Part shown: positions 21,284 through 32,932 of the stretch, in pieces
How positions within the stretch are numbered: the first letter of the stretch is position 1
Layout of the letters: the number at the start of each line of letters is the position of its first letter
Source of the DNA: Octopus bimaculoides
Taxonomy: Eukaryota
Reading direction: 5' to 3'
Length of the DNA stretch: 43,022 nt
Assembly: GCF_001194135.2 (NCBI RefSeq)
Contig: NC_068999.1
Span: 22,488,608-22,531,629, forward strand
Notes under the pieces: model-generated
Seen by the model: the letters and a program-made list of their open reading frames with translations, nothing else
What the model was told of the DNA's origin: nothing
Databases searched by the model: none
Program-made: the position numbers and the translations under genes

Positions 21284-22150
21284 TATGAGGTGAATTCCAG
21301 AACTTTTGAGTCTTTTTAGAAGAGGTAGTCATAACTATACATCCAATAAGCTATTGCTATACAGCTAATAAGCTGACCTGTCAACTTTTGTTATTCCAGA
21401 TTGAAGGAGACAGTTGTAACAGCATTTTCAACACATCCTAGTAAACACTGCTTGTCATAGTTGACTAGTTTGCAGAATGTAGTTGGGACATTTAGAAGCT
21501 TTCTGTGCAATAAAGTTTTGTATCAAAATGCCACAGAAACTTATGAAGTATTTTAAACTGCTTATAGATTAATTTTTTTCACTGGCACAAGAGATTCAAG
21601 GACAGAAGAGAGGTGAAGAATGATGAGAGGTGTGGGAGGGAGAGAGATGTAACAGATTATTAGAGCTGGTTAAGGAAATTTGCAATTTTCAGGGTGAAGA
21701 CTGTTGTGTGTCTAAAAAGACAATGATATAATTTGGTGTTGGTGTGACAATTGTACACAGAATTATTCATGAAGATCTGAACATGCACAAAATTTGAAGT
21801 TTATTCTCAGGGTGCTTAGTGATGAACATGCTGGTAACCAATTACTTGATGATGGAGATAACCATCAAAACTGTTCCTCACCCTCCCTACAGTCCAGACC
21901 TTGCTCCCTGTGGCTATTGGTTGTTCCCCAAGCTAAAGGAGAACCTCAGGGGCAAAGGCTGTGACAGGGGTCCTGGACACATTCCCTTTGGAAGACTTCC
22001 ATGTGGCCTTCACAAAGTGGACTTCCATGTGGCCTTCACATGTGCATTGAAGTCAGAGATAAGTCGTAGGAGATAAGACTTTTGTACTTCTTTGAAGATC
22101 ATAAATGTCTCTCTTGAAAATGTTCAAAAACTTCTGGAATGTACCTTGTA
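21284..22150 (+). mobile_element. internally deleted mariner transposon
   Basis: TIRs TATGAGGTGAATTCCAGAACTTTTG and AAAAACTTCTGGAATGTACCTTGTA. N-terminal WHKRFKD...NDERCGR and HRIIHEDLNMHKI are joined to VPHPPYSPDLAPCGYWLFPKLK. Confidence 0.85.
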
Positions 22151-24509
22151 TGTACAAAAGAATTATCCAACTGCTAACTAATGTACTAAATCTCTTTTTA
22201 CAGTTGGTTACTAGTATTAGTATCTTTTTCCAGTTAGTTGCCAGTAGACTCTTTGGGAATGCCTGAAAATTTCACTTTCATTTTCATTTAGTGATTCAAA
22301 GACCAATGAACTGATGTAGTTCAACATCAGTGCCTGTCAGGTTTGATCTCAGCATTTACATGATAAACATTGTCAGCTAAGTAGACTGTCATTAAAGATT
22401 TAGTTTTTTCTTTGAACGTAATGCAAGTCATGTTCAGCAAGAGCTAATCTATATTCCGTTGAGTTTATCATTAAGAATTACGATAAGTCTGAATTTTTGC
22501 TTCAGAGAAATTAATTCCATCATTGCTACAAACTAGGACACTGCAAGATCTACTTTATAATATAGCTGTTTGGAATATAAACTTGTTTTGATAGCAATTA
22601 CATTATATAGTTACCTAATATTTTGGCATGTTAGGCGTTTATGGCTTGCTTAACTATAACCAGAGAGTTTGAAAAACTAAAATTGTTGTTTGTGAGACTA
22701 AAAATCATTTTAAAAGATTGAAAATGGTGTCAGCACAAACCACAGAAAAATTGAGTTACAGTGAGAACACTTGTATTCTGAAACCCCACTTATTCTGAAT
22801 TACGTAAATCAATGAAGCTTGAATCTTGGTCATTAGTCAAACTAGTAACAATGACAATGTTGACAATAGGAAGCTATATAATGTATCTCTTTGTGCATTT
22901 ATAGCATGTGGTGTATAAAAGCCATTAGTTTTTTTTTTCATATATCTTTATAAGTAGTATAATCTCTTTTAGATGTTTGTATATGCATTTCATTAATACA
23001 TTAAAAACAAATGTCAAATGAGTACTGGGGTTGTTATAATTGACTGGTTATTCTCAACACTTTCCAAACATACATACACGTACAAACTCACATATATGCA
23101 CAAACGTTTCTGGTTTTACGCCTTTGTTAGAAATCGTTATTAACATTGTAATAGGTGTTGACATTTATAGTTTGGATATCTAAACTTCCTTCACTAGTTA
23201 TTTTCCTTTCTGTATGAATTTGTACAACTAAGTTGAATCATTGTGTATGAATGTATTTCATCTAATGAGAATTTCTACTGGATTTTAGAACTTTTCTTAA
23301 ATGCTAAGGTAAAAAAGAAAATCTATTTAATTTCATATAGGTGACCTTTCAGTTAGCATTATTAAGTAGTTTTGAGATAATTTGGAAATATTCTGCTGGA
23401 AGTTTGATGGCTGTTTTTGAAAAGCTTTGTTTCAGATTTGCTATTGTGAGAAATATTGTGTCAATCATCTGACTACTTTTGATTTCATAAAATATTAAAT
23501 TATTAATGCAGTATGATTTAGAAATGTGCTAGAAGGAAAACACTAAAGGAAATTAGCTGCAAAAAAAAATATATAGTTGCTATAAACAGGCTGTTTTTTC
23601 TAAAGAAGATTATAAAATTGTGGACTAAATAGAATGGTGTAGTTAGCCAATGTATATGTGGAAATTTAATATTGAAAGGAATTTGTAACCTTTTCCTAAT
23701 TAGGAAATTTGTAATTATATTATATTATGCATCAAGTTATACATACAGCTGATTCCAGAAAGTCACCATTTTGTCATTACTTCTAATTATAAATTACCTA
23801 TTGTTAAGTATTTGTGTTAGATTCCTCTCATGAAATCCATTAGAAAGAATTGTAATGATTTATCAATGCTAGTATTCTAAATGTATCATTCATTTCTAGG
23901 TCATTGTCTATTGATTTGTCCACATCTCTTGTATTGGCTTAACTTTATTTCCTCTGCTATCAATATTTTGCAGACAGTTATTCAATGTATCTTTAACTAT
24001 ATCATTTTTAGTATGTTGTGGAATTTCTATAAAATTAAACCCATACCAAATAGTATTAACCTTTTCCTTACATTGAAGAGCAATAATATTTGAAAATAAA
24101 TTCACAAGTTTTCTTACTTTAATTTTAAATTGTCATTTTTAGAGCAGAATATGAATTGTGAAATTAAATTTCTTGTTTTCTAAAGAATATATTGAAAATT
24201 ATATTCCTTCAGGTCTAAGCTGAAGCTAAGCTAAGCAATTCTTTAAAATTTACTAGAAATTATTTAAATCCAATCAACATAAATAATCAAATATCACTTC
24301 TAAAAGAATTTATAGAAAAATTATCACAATTATGGAACTGAGTATAGTAAATAACTTGCAAAATTATTAACATGAAGATAAAATACGTTGCCCTGAGCTC
24401 TCAATTCCTGGTGGAGTTCTGATGCACAGCATGTCTAAGGGATCTAAACCTGGAATGCAATATGCCTTAAGCATTTAAACTCTCTCCAGGTTTGATCATA
24501 CCTGATTTC

Positions 24510-24776
24510 TATGTCTTTCCTTTCTTCCCTTTTTTCTCTCTCTTTCTTTCTTTCTCCCTCGCTTTCTCCTCTTTCTTTCTCCCTCTCTTTCTTTCTCCCT
24601 CTCTTTCTTTCTCCCTCTCTTTCTTTCTCCCTCTCTTTCTTTCTCCCTCTTTCTTTCTCCCTCTTTCTTTCTCCCTCTCTTTCTTTCTCCCTCTCTTTCT
24701 CCCTCTTTCTTTCACTCCCTCGCTCTTTCACTCACTCTCTCTCGTTCATTCTCTCTCTCTCATTCATTCTCTCTTT

Positions 24777-24808
<32 letters not shown>

Positions 24809-24815
24809 CGAGAGA
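24510..24815. repeat. polypyrimidine low-complexity tract (CTCCCTCTCTTTCTTT-type units) followed by (GA)n
   Basis: About 270 nt almost purely C/T, then (GA)n at 24778-24815. Confidence 0.9.
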
Positions 24816-25048
24816 GCACTATCAACTCTATTACTTGAACACCTGGGCTAGCACTTTTAGCTCCTCTGAAAGAATGACTGTTCACTTTGATGGTACTTTA
24901 AACTTGGGGCCCAAAAGACCAGGAACCAATACCTCAAGGCATTCTACGTGAAGCTCATACAACTGGGCTAGTTTTCCCTCTTAAAATTTATCCCTGGTAG
25001 GATTTGATCTGTTTCCTCTGTTTCTGCTTATTCACAGCCCCTATAATA

Positions 25049-25416
25049 TCTTTTAGCTTTTGCTTGTTTCAGTCATTGGACTGGGGCCATGCTGGGGTAT
25101 CACCTTCACGGGTTTTATTTGAACAGATTAACCCCAGTACTTATTTTTAAATCTGGTATTTATTCTATTAGTCTTATTTGCCAAACTACTAAGTTATGGA
25201 GACATAAGCAAACCGACACCGAATGTCGAGTAGTGGAAGTTGAAGGGTGGCAAACACTGACACAGACGCATGCACACATTTTGTTTTATGATGGCCTTCT
25301 CACTCACAAGGCATCGGTCAGCTTGGAACTATAGTGAAGTCACCAAAGATGCTATACACTAGAACTAAACCAGAAGCTATGTGGTTACAAAGAGAGCTTC
25401 TTAGCTACACAGCCAT
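25049..25416 (-). mobile_element. tRNA-derived SINE, family C (shares head with family B)
   Basis: Head reverse complement of ...CTTCTTAGCTACACAGCCAT; body with CAAACCGACACC...; tail CCAGCATGGCCCCAGTCCAATGACTGAAACAAGCAAAAG. Confidence 0.7.
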
Positions 25417-25554
25417 ATTAGTGCCTACTGTAAGCAAAAAATACAAAAGACTTCTTTTTTGTGTAATGATACCTGAAATTTGGAATATTGTTAGTTATTT
25501 TAAAATTCTATGAATTATTTATTCTTATATGATTGTGTCTAATATAAAACAGAA

Positions 25555-25720
25555 GGTTTGAAATTTGGGTGACAAAGGCAGTTATTTATGTTGACTCCAC
25601 TACCTGACTGATACTTTATCAACTTCAAAAAGATGAAAGGCAAAGTCGACTTTGATGGAATTTGAACTCTTAACATAAAGGTTGCAACTAAATACAGCAA
25701 GGCATGCCTGTCACTATAGT
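25555..25720 (-). mobile_element. family A SINE fragment
   Basis: GATGAAAGGCAAAGTCGACTTTGATGGAATTTGAACTC. Confidence 0.65.
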
Positions 25721-25757
25721 TTTTGCCTGTCCATTTCTCTTAATAATTGCTCCAACA

Positions 25758-25912
25758 TAGGCACAATGCAAAAAAATGTGAGGGAAATGGTTAGTAGATT
25801 AAATCAGCACCAGTTCTCACTGGCATTAATTCTTCCTCCCAAAATCGATAAAGATTTTATTGACCCTGAAAAGGTAAAATGCAGAATCAATGTCAATGGG
25901 GTTTGAACTTAA
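25758..25912 (-). mobile_element. family A SINE fragment (decayed)
   Basis: GGCACAA...TTTTATTGACCCTGAAAAGG...GGTTTGAACT. Confidence 0.5.
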
Positions 25913-26244
25913 TGTAAAGAGCCCTTGATAATAAAAAATGAAATTTGAAAGTAGTATTTTTTTCCTTTCTGTAAATATTTCAGGATGTGCATCTATATAT
26001 ACATCCAAATCGATTCATGCAAAGTCAAAATATATTCATCATTCACTTCCTTAAAAAAAAAAAAAACCAAAAGCCAATATTTTATTCCAACATACCATAT
26101 CAGCATGAACAATATTTTCTTTAATTGCTTTAAGAAGATAGTGTTATATTGCACATCTTTCCAGAATATATAAAATGAAAACCATGAGAAAAAATGGCTT
26201 TTATTTATAGTAACAGAAAGAGTTAACCACTGAAAATTACCCCC

Positions 26245-26342
26245 AGAGATAGAGGGAGAGAGATAGAGGGAGAGAGATAGAGGGAGAGAGATAGAGGGAG
26301 AGAGATAGAGGGAGAGAGATAGAGGGAGAGAGATAGAGGGAG
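26245..26342. repeat. 14-bp minisatellite (AGAGATAGAGGGAG) x7
   Basis: Seven perfect tandem units counted. Confidence 0.9.
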
Positions 26343-26481
26343 AGACTGTGGACATACCTGTCTCTCCAGGATCGGACTTCATAGTCATCAGGGGTCACAT
26401 AGCTACAAAGGATATTTGGAAAAAGTACTCATTGCTTTGCCATGGTCACGAAATGATGATATATATATATATATATATATA

Positions 26482-27302
26482 TTTTACCATCCCATATATA
26501 ATGCGTTTTTTTAATACTTTTATATTTCAAAATTAAGAACTTTGTTTAAGTTCTTTTTTAATCTAAAATATACTGTCCTTCATTTTCTACAATGCTCTTC
26601 CCACTATCTGGTAGACTTGCAAGGCCCCTCTTCCAAAATTCACTTGTCCATGATGAAAAATACTCCTCCAGTACTGTTCTGACATCGTCAACAGAATTCA
26701 TATTCTTTTCGTTCAAATGATTTTGAAAACTGCTGAATAAATGATAATCAGATAGGGCAATGTCTGGCAAATATGGTGGGTGGGACATCATTTCCCATTC
26801 AAACTGCTTCACCCTTGCTATATGTGGCTGAGCATTATCCTGATGGAAGCATCTCTGCTAGTTCCTCAACAGTTATGATGGGATTTTGTTACACCAGGTT
26901 TTGCAGGACGTCCTTGTTGAGCTCTACAGAACTTCCAGGATGAGGCTCATCTTCTCGGCTGTAGTTTCTGGCTTGGAATTTCTGAAACCACAGTTGGCAC
27001 AGGCTTATTCTTATTGTCTGATCCCCATATACTGCATTAATATTCCTTGCACTTTCCGTTGTTGCCTTTATTGAACTCATAAAACAAAATATGCTGAATA
27101 TACTCCTTTCTCACTTGTATTATAGCTTTGAAAAAATAACTGTTAAAATCGAATTGCACTCTTCAAAACTTGCACTAAGAATAAGGACAAGATAAAATTA
27201 CTACCTGCTTTTATAGCAAGTTGATGTAGGTAGTTTATCCTGTCCCCCTCCGACTTTGAGTTCATGCAATTGAAAAAACTGCATTATTTATGGGATGACT
27301 CT
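26482..27302 (-). mobile_element. internally deleted mariner transposon inserted between microsatellites
   Basis: ORF fragments TESARNINAVYG...WFQKFQARNYSREDEP, FHQDNAQPH and HPPYLPDIALSDYHLF. TIR core CATCCCATA-ATAATGC at both ends; flanked by (TA)n and (CT)n(TA)n. Confidence 0.85.
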
Positions 27303-27317
27303 CTTTCTCTCTCTCTG

Positions 27318-27358
<41 letters not shown>

Positions 27359-29039
27359 AATGAGTGTGTATTTGTGTGTATATCATTATTCCAGCCGTTG
27401 GCTATTTCTTAATCTCTAGCATGATAACCTTTACAAGGGGACATCTGTGTATCTTTTTAATTGATATAAGGGAAATAGTTGCCTGATATACAAGGTTCAA
27501 ATATTATCTTGAAAATTGTGTATAATACTGTCTGTTGCTCATTTTCAGTTTCCCAGATAAGGCCAATTATTTGCTTGGATTGGCAACACACCAATAGACA
27601 GCTTCACCAGTTTCCTTCAATCCTATTTTTTTACTTCATGTCCTAGTTTAGTTATTCTCAGGATGGATTATAAATGCCAGTTATTGTGAACTCATGACCC
27701 ATATATCAAGATACCTCAACAATGTAACTCCAATTTTGATAATAAATTTATTTTCCCTCAGCTGTTATTATAGTAATTACATCTGCTATCTTTTTGCTAT
27801 TTTTAAGCAAATAAGGTTGCTTTTGATATCTTTTTTATCAAGATTCTCTTTATTCCCAAATCTCTGGGATCAATATATAGAATGTCTTTTCCAGAAGACA
27901 AATTTTCTAAATTGTTAAAACACTATGTATATATTAGCAAATCCTTGAGGACTGTCTCATTGCACTTCATGTGGTAAACCATTGCACAATGGTGTGCAAA
28001 GTATGGTCTCCTACTTGAAGAGACAAGCATGTCATATTTAACTTTTGTCACACACAATCCTCAATGTAGAATAGAATGTTATCATTTTAATACATACACA
28101 GGGAATATCTCTAGAGCTGACATTTTATGGTTTTATTAATTTGCAGGCAATGCTAATTGAACTTTATTGAATAACAATAACTCAATCTTGTATTAAAGAG
28201 TTCTATTGTATGTTAATTCCATTATTATTGTCAACTTGGTTTCTACTCTTAGGAATTCAATATTTTCAACCATCACTCAGCTCGAATGTCATCAAAACAT
28301 ATTAATGGACAAGAAACCATAATATAAACTCAATCTGTTTCATATTCCACTCATCTGTAAGGTAACTATTTACATAAATTGGTTTCTTTGTTGTAACCTG
28401 AAAGCTGGAGATTCTCATAAACCTGTGTTTTTATATTCCTTTAAACTTAACAAGAATACCAGTATTATGATTATTTGCTATTCATATTTGTTCAGCCAGG
28501 AGTTTACATTGTTGCTGCAGCAATATATTGCAATAAATGTATTCTTAGTACCAAATATTTCTGATGATACATTAAGTCTTAGGTTTTGTTTCCTTTGGCC
28601 ACTGCCATGAACTCAAAGGTTAGCTTTCAGCAAATTGAATTACAGGCTCGCCTCTGATTCTTAGCTGAAACTGTTTTGCTTCATCCAGAATACACTTAGA
28701 ATGTACTTTTTGTTATTATTGCAAGTTTTTAAAAAAATATTTTCTCCATACTTGCATGAAGGGATATTTTATTTGTTAAAGCAGTTGTAGATCTACTTTC
28801 TATTACTAATCGTGAAACTGAAGTAGGAATGGAAATTTTTAATTTAATTTATTTATGTATTTTTGTTCACACTGAGCCAACAACTTTAGGTAACTTTTTT
28901 TTGTAAGTTTAATAACAATGGCTGTAGTAGGGAAATCTGAATTTATGACAATGTGGCTAATTATCCAGGATCTTAATTTTGCATAAAAATTCTCATGATT
29001 CTCTCTTTATCAATAGGTGTAATCCATTATGTAATAGCT

Positions 29040-29400
29040 TGACTTGCTAGAAATACCATCCAAATCTCTAACCACATGCTACTGCTTTTGCTCCTTTTAA
29101 ATAAAGGACATTGGATAATGTATTCTGAGTACATTATACCCTCCCCTCAGACAGCATTGTCATGGTTGGAATGTCTTTGACCTTAGGTCTGCTTGATCAG
29201 GACTAATCTGGTTGTAAACATTTGTCCTATCTGATGAGAGATCTTCTATGTAGTTGCCCAGCCTGCTGGAAATGGCAGTCAAATCTCTCTAACCAAACTA
29301 CCATCTTAAATAAGGAAATGGACAGTATAGTTAAAGATATGAAAACAGATCATATACTTGCTAGATCACAGGTTTGTTTGACTTGGGGCTAAATAACAAC
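29040..29400 (-). repeat. interspersed repeat family D, two tandem units (unclassified)
   Basis: Reverse complement CTGATCAAGCAGACCTAAGGTCAAAGACATTCCAACCATGAC matches 34060-34125, 38985-39085 and 39665-39850. Confidence 0.55.
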
Positions 29401-29698
29401 ATAGCTTACTATGGGACTCAAACACTAATCCAAATTGTTACACTTGCCTGATGGATTAGTAGGTGGCCTAACATTAGTCAAGAAACTGATGACTGGGTTG
29501 GAGCCCAATTTTTAAAAAAATAAATCGTGTTGATTCTGCATATATTGTATTGTTTGTAATCCTTTTTATTCTTCATAACAGATACTTCATGAAATATAAT
29601 ATTCTTAGGGTTTCCACTTTGAGCATTGACATAATGATTGTTTTGTTTCCAGCATGTGAATAGTCAACACACAGTTAAGACAGATGTATATTTCTTCA

Positions 29699-30115
29699 TC
29701 ATCCTCATCAGCATTGTTTTAACATTCACTTTTCCTTACTCATGTGGGTCAGAAGGAATTTGTTGAGGCATATTTTCTACAACCAGATGCTCTTCTTGTT
29801 GCCAACTCTTACCTGTTTCCAAGTAATATAAAATTTTTTTCTCACAGCTGGATATGTTTTCATGGAAGATAGGAAATGAAAGGCACAGCTTGTATGATGT
29901 TGATACTCGTTTACAACAATCATGCAATGTTAAAACAAGGAGATATCAGCTCTCACATACATGATAGGCTTCTTTCAGTTTCCATCTACTAAATTTGCTT
30001 ACAAGGCTTTGGCTGACCTAAAGCTATAGTAGACATTTACCCAATGTCCAACACAGTAGAACTGAACCCAGAACCATCTGGTTGGGAAGTAAGCTTCTTA
30101 ACCACACAGCCATGC
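29699..30115 (-). mobile_element. full-length family B SINE with RTE-like tail
   Basis: Collinear reverse complement of 2706-3127, from head GGCATGGCTGTGTGGTTAAGAAG to the (GAT)n tail. Confidence 0.85.
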
Positions 30116-30670
30116 CAGAATATAAATCTTTATGTGCTAAATATATTTTAAAAAGATAAACAAAGACCAGTAACAAAAGTTTTAAATTTGATTTAACATT
30201 GGATGTTTGTGAAATATGCTGAAAATTTTAATTTTTAATTAACAGATTTGCATAATGAACATGAACAGCAATAGCACTGATGTTTAGATGAAGGAAGAGG
30301 GTTTTTTTTCTCTAACATAAAAAAACTGTAATAAGTTTTTTGAAATATAAAATATGATTAGCTGTGATACATGATACATAAGGGACGATAATGTGGATGG
30401 ATTAATATAGATAAAGTAATTTGATGGGTTGTTAGTGGTGGTGACTGAGATTGGTAACAAATCACTGAACAAAACCACCCTGATGGCAGTGGTTTTGTTA
30501 AACTTTGTGTGTGGGGAAGTGTGAGAGGATATGGTGAGTGAATATGTGTAAAAGAAACTGTGTATGGGAGAATTTGTATGTGAGAGTATGTATGTGTATA
30601 CTGTGGACAAGAGAGAGCATGAGAGAGAAAGCATAGTTGTGTGTGTAACAGAGAAATAAGTGCATATGTG

Positions 30671-31103
30671 TAAGCCTTTCAATCCCTATGGAGCATTGGC
30701 CATTGATGACTATTCTCTACTGTTCTCAACCCTGGGCTGTCTCTCTTGCTTCTTTCCAGTTGGATCCTTGCTTTTTCCTGTCTCCAGCTTGTTTTAGAGA
30801 GTCTTCTCTTGTGCCTCACTCGTGTGTTCCTGGTTAGGGTATATGTTTACCTGGAGGTTTTGTTGGTTTTGAATTGTCATCAATGCTTCTGTAACTTTGC
30901 TTTTTTCTAAATAAGGGTGTTGACCTGATGCAAGCTCAATTTTTACCTCTGAGAATTAGTGGTTCTAATTAGCCTGATCTTTATTCTTTGATCTGTACTG
31001 CATGGGAGGCCCTACCAGGAGCTTGCACTCTGTTGGCATAGCTCACAGGGCCGGTAAGGCATGCAAGCCACCACACTGCAACAAAGACTGGATTTTATGG
31101 TAG
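30671..31103 (-). mobile_element. bipartite RTE derivative: 5' UTR-like segment (about 30960-31103) joined to ORF C-terminus/3' end (about 30671-30930)
   Basis: C-terminus reads NWKEARETAQG*EQ*RIVINGQCSIGIERL (RTE W....AQDR..WR..V.GLCS pattern). The 5' part GGTGGCTTG...GAGCTATGCC...AAGCTCCTGGTAGGGCCTCCCATGC resembles RTE 5' UTRs as I recall them. Confidence 0.6.
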
Positions 31104-31199
31104 AAAAATATGGAACCTGCATGTCATCCTTGTGCAGAGGGCCATGCAAACTTCTATGTATCATTCCAATTTTAGAATATGTATTGTTGAAGGAAGTGT
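31104..31199 (-). pseudogene. U6: U6 snRNA retropseudogene, both ends present, 11-nt internal deletion
   Basis: Minus strand ...ACATATTCTAAAATTGGAATGATACATAGAAGTTTGCATGGCCCTCTGCACAAGGATGACATGCAGGTTCCATATTTTT; about 80% identity by eye to vertebrate U6 recalled from memory. ACAGAGA box mutated to ACATAGA. Confidence 0.9.
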
Positions 31200-31569
31200 G
31201 TATATTTATAAGGTTTTTTCCCCACATGATGTAAACAAAGAAAGAAGGGCATGATCCATGGTCCTTTTATGAACCACCGAAACTGTTGAAGTTATTCTCA
31301 GACTGAAGTTTTGGCATGGATGCTTGTTTTCAATATTAAAAGTACCCACGTGCCATGTGGAGGTATTAAACTTGCTGACAGATTGTCATCTAAGGTTTTA
31401 TAGGGAGGGAGGGAGGGAGAGGGAGAGAGAGAGACCTGTTTCTACAAGTGTATTCATATGAGTGTGTGTATGCAACAAAGTAGATTTTTAGATGCGGAAG
31501 AGTATATTTATCAGTAAGACAAAATTTACCTAAATGAGATAAAGTTCAAGTTTGGACTTGGGTAGGTTG

Positions 31570-32560
31570 CTGCTGGTGTTCTCTTCCTTCTTACTAGAAA
31601 ATGAGAAGTTCTTAGTTAAGAGTAAGCCATTATAACTGGCATTTGTTGAGCTAGAGAAGGCATTTGATAGTTCAACATTCTGTAGTGTGGTGGTTGCTAA
31701 GAAAATTAGATGTAGATGAATGGAATGTGAGAGTTGTGCTAGCTACATAGAGATGCTGACAGCAAGATGAGTAATTTAGCATCATGTAGTTATTCATGAG
31801 AGCTTGGTTCTTAGCCTTCTCTTGTTTCTTATAACTCTCTAAGTAATAACAGATTTGGAACCCCTGTATGTTGATAACCTAGTTCTCACAAGTGAATTTG
31901 TCAAAGATTTGGTGAAGCAACACTTAGAATGGAAAAGAACCTCAAAGTAATCTAGCAAAAACAAATGCTTTAGTTATGCAGAAGAGTCCTATCTTTCCTG
32001 TTATCAAGCATAGCCACTTCTTGGGTAGTAGTAAAGGAGTAGGTAGGAAATCCATAATGTATACATATGTAAGCACAATGGGTATACAAGAAGTATTGAG
32101 ATCATAGGCAGGTTAACAGGGAAAAAAGACTTCTCTACATATGTGGCCTAACTGGGGTGCTTTAAAAGCATAGTAGATACAATAAGAACAGGATAGAAAA
32201 AGCTTAGGGAGTTGTGACCACTACTATCAACAAAGTACATCTCCCACTAATGCAAGGTAGATTGTATGGTGTTTGTACATGAAATCCAATATTACATGGT
32301 ATTAAAATATAGACATTGAAGAGAGTGGATGTGAAAAGAATGGAAAGAAATGAGATAAGCATGACTTGTTGCATGAGTTTGTGTGCACAATCACTATTGT
32401 GCTATGTAATGTTAATGTGCCTGGATGACGGAGAAAGCAATCAGATTAGTTGGAGCATGTGGAAGTAGATTGAGAAAGACATAGGCAGTAGTAGTGAAAA
32501 CTTATCTCAAGATGTTGAAGCTCACAAAGATGATGAGTGACCAAGGCAAGTGTGTCTATT
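31570..32560 (+). mobile_element. decayed RTE-clade LINE, RT through 3' end
   Basis: LAFVELEKAFDS (motif A), GSVLSPLLF-like GLVLSLLLF region, LYVDNL (motif C), KVNLAKT-like motif. Many stops and indels. Confidence 0.75.
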
Positions 32561-32716
32561 TCTCAGTAAGTAAATTAAAGATCTCACATCAAAATGCACC
32601 AAATGCACCAAATAATCAGGAACCGGGGTCAACCATTTAGTTATATGGACAGAAGGTGGAAAATATAGACAGCTTCCCAGATATTGGAAGTACTTTACAA
32701 CAGAATGTAAATATTG

Positions 32717-32932
32717 GTTTCAAATTTTGGCACAAGGCCATCAATTTGGGGGAGGGGATAAGTCAATTACAGTGGCACCCCCCCTGGCTTAACTGGTACT
32801 TATTTTATTGACCCTGGAAGGATGAAAGGCAAAGTTGACCTTGGCAGAATTCGAACTCAGAGCCTAAAAGCAGATAAAATGCTGCTAAGCCTTTTTCCAG
32901 GTGTGTTAAAGATTCTGTCAGTTTGCTGACTT
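32717..32932 (-). mobile_element. full-length family A SINE with perfect 18-bp TSD
   Basis: TSD AACAGAATGTAAATATTG at 32699-32716 and 32933-32950. Confidence 0.92.

Noticed and set aside
24444-24951. Lys/Glu/Arg-rich and Ser/Leu/Phe-rich ORFs (MKERGRKRGRKKERE...)
   Set aside because: Translations of the CT/GA low-complexity tract; open in several frames on both strands.
26245-26342. CRISPR-like array
   Set aside because: Contiguous 14-bp tandem units with no spacers; eukaryotic minisatellite.
26355-26392. Minus-strand CUGAUGA followed by a small GAC-UAUGAA-GUC hairpin as a hammerhead
   Set aside because: No GAAA after the stem (reads CGAUC) and no convincing stem I/III. Other CTGATGA hits (near 9161, 28560, 29231, 29487, 40197) also lack the rest of the fold.
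28246-28352. Exon-like segment with TAG acceptor and AAG|GTAACT donor
   Set aside because: All three frames contain stops; a non-coding exon cannot be supported without transcripts.
31200-31212. TATAAATA just upstream of the U6 copy as a U6 promoter
   Set aside because: It lies only a few nt from the U6 start instead of about -30, no PSE is evident, and the ACAGAGA box is mutated. It is a retrocopy, not a gene.
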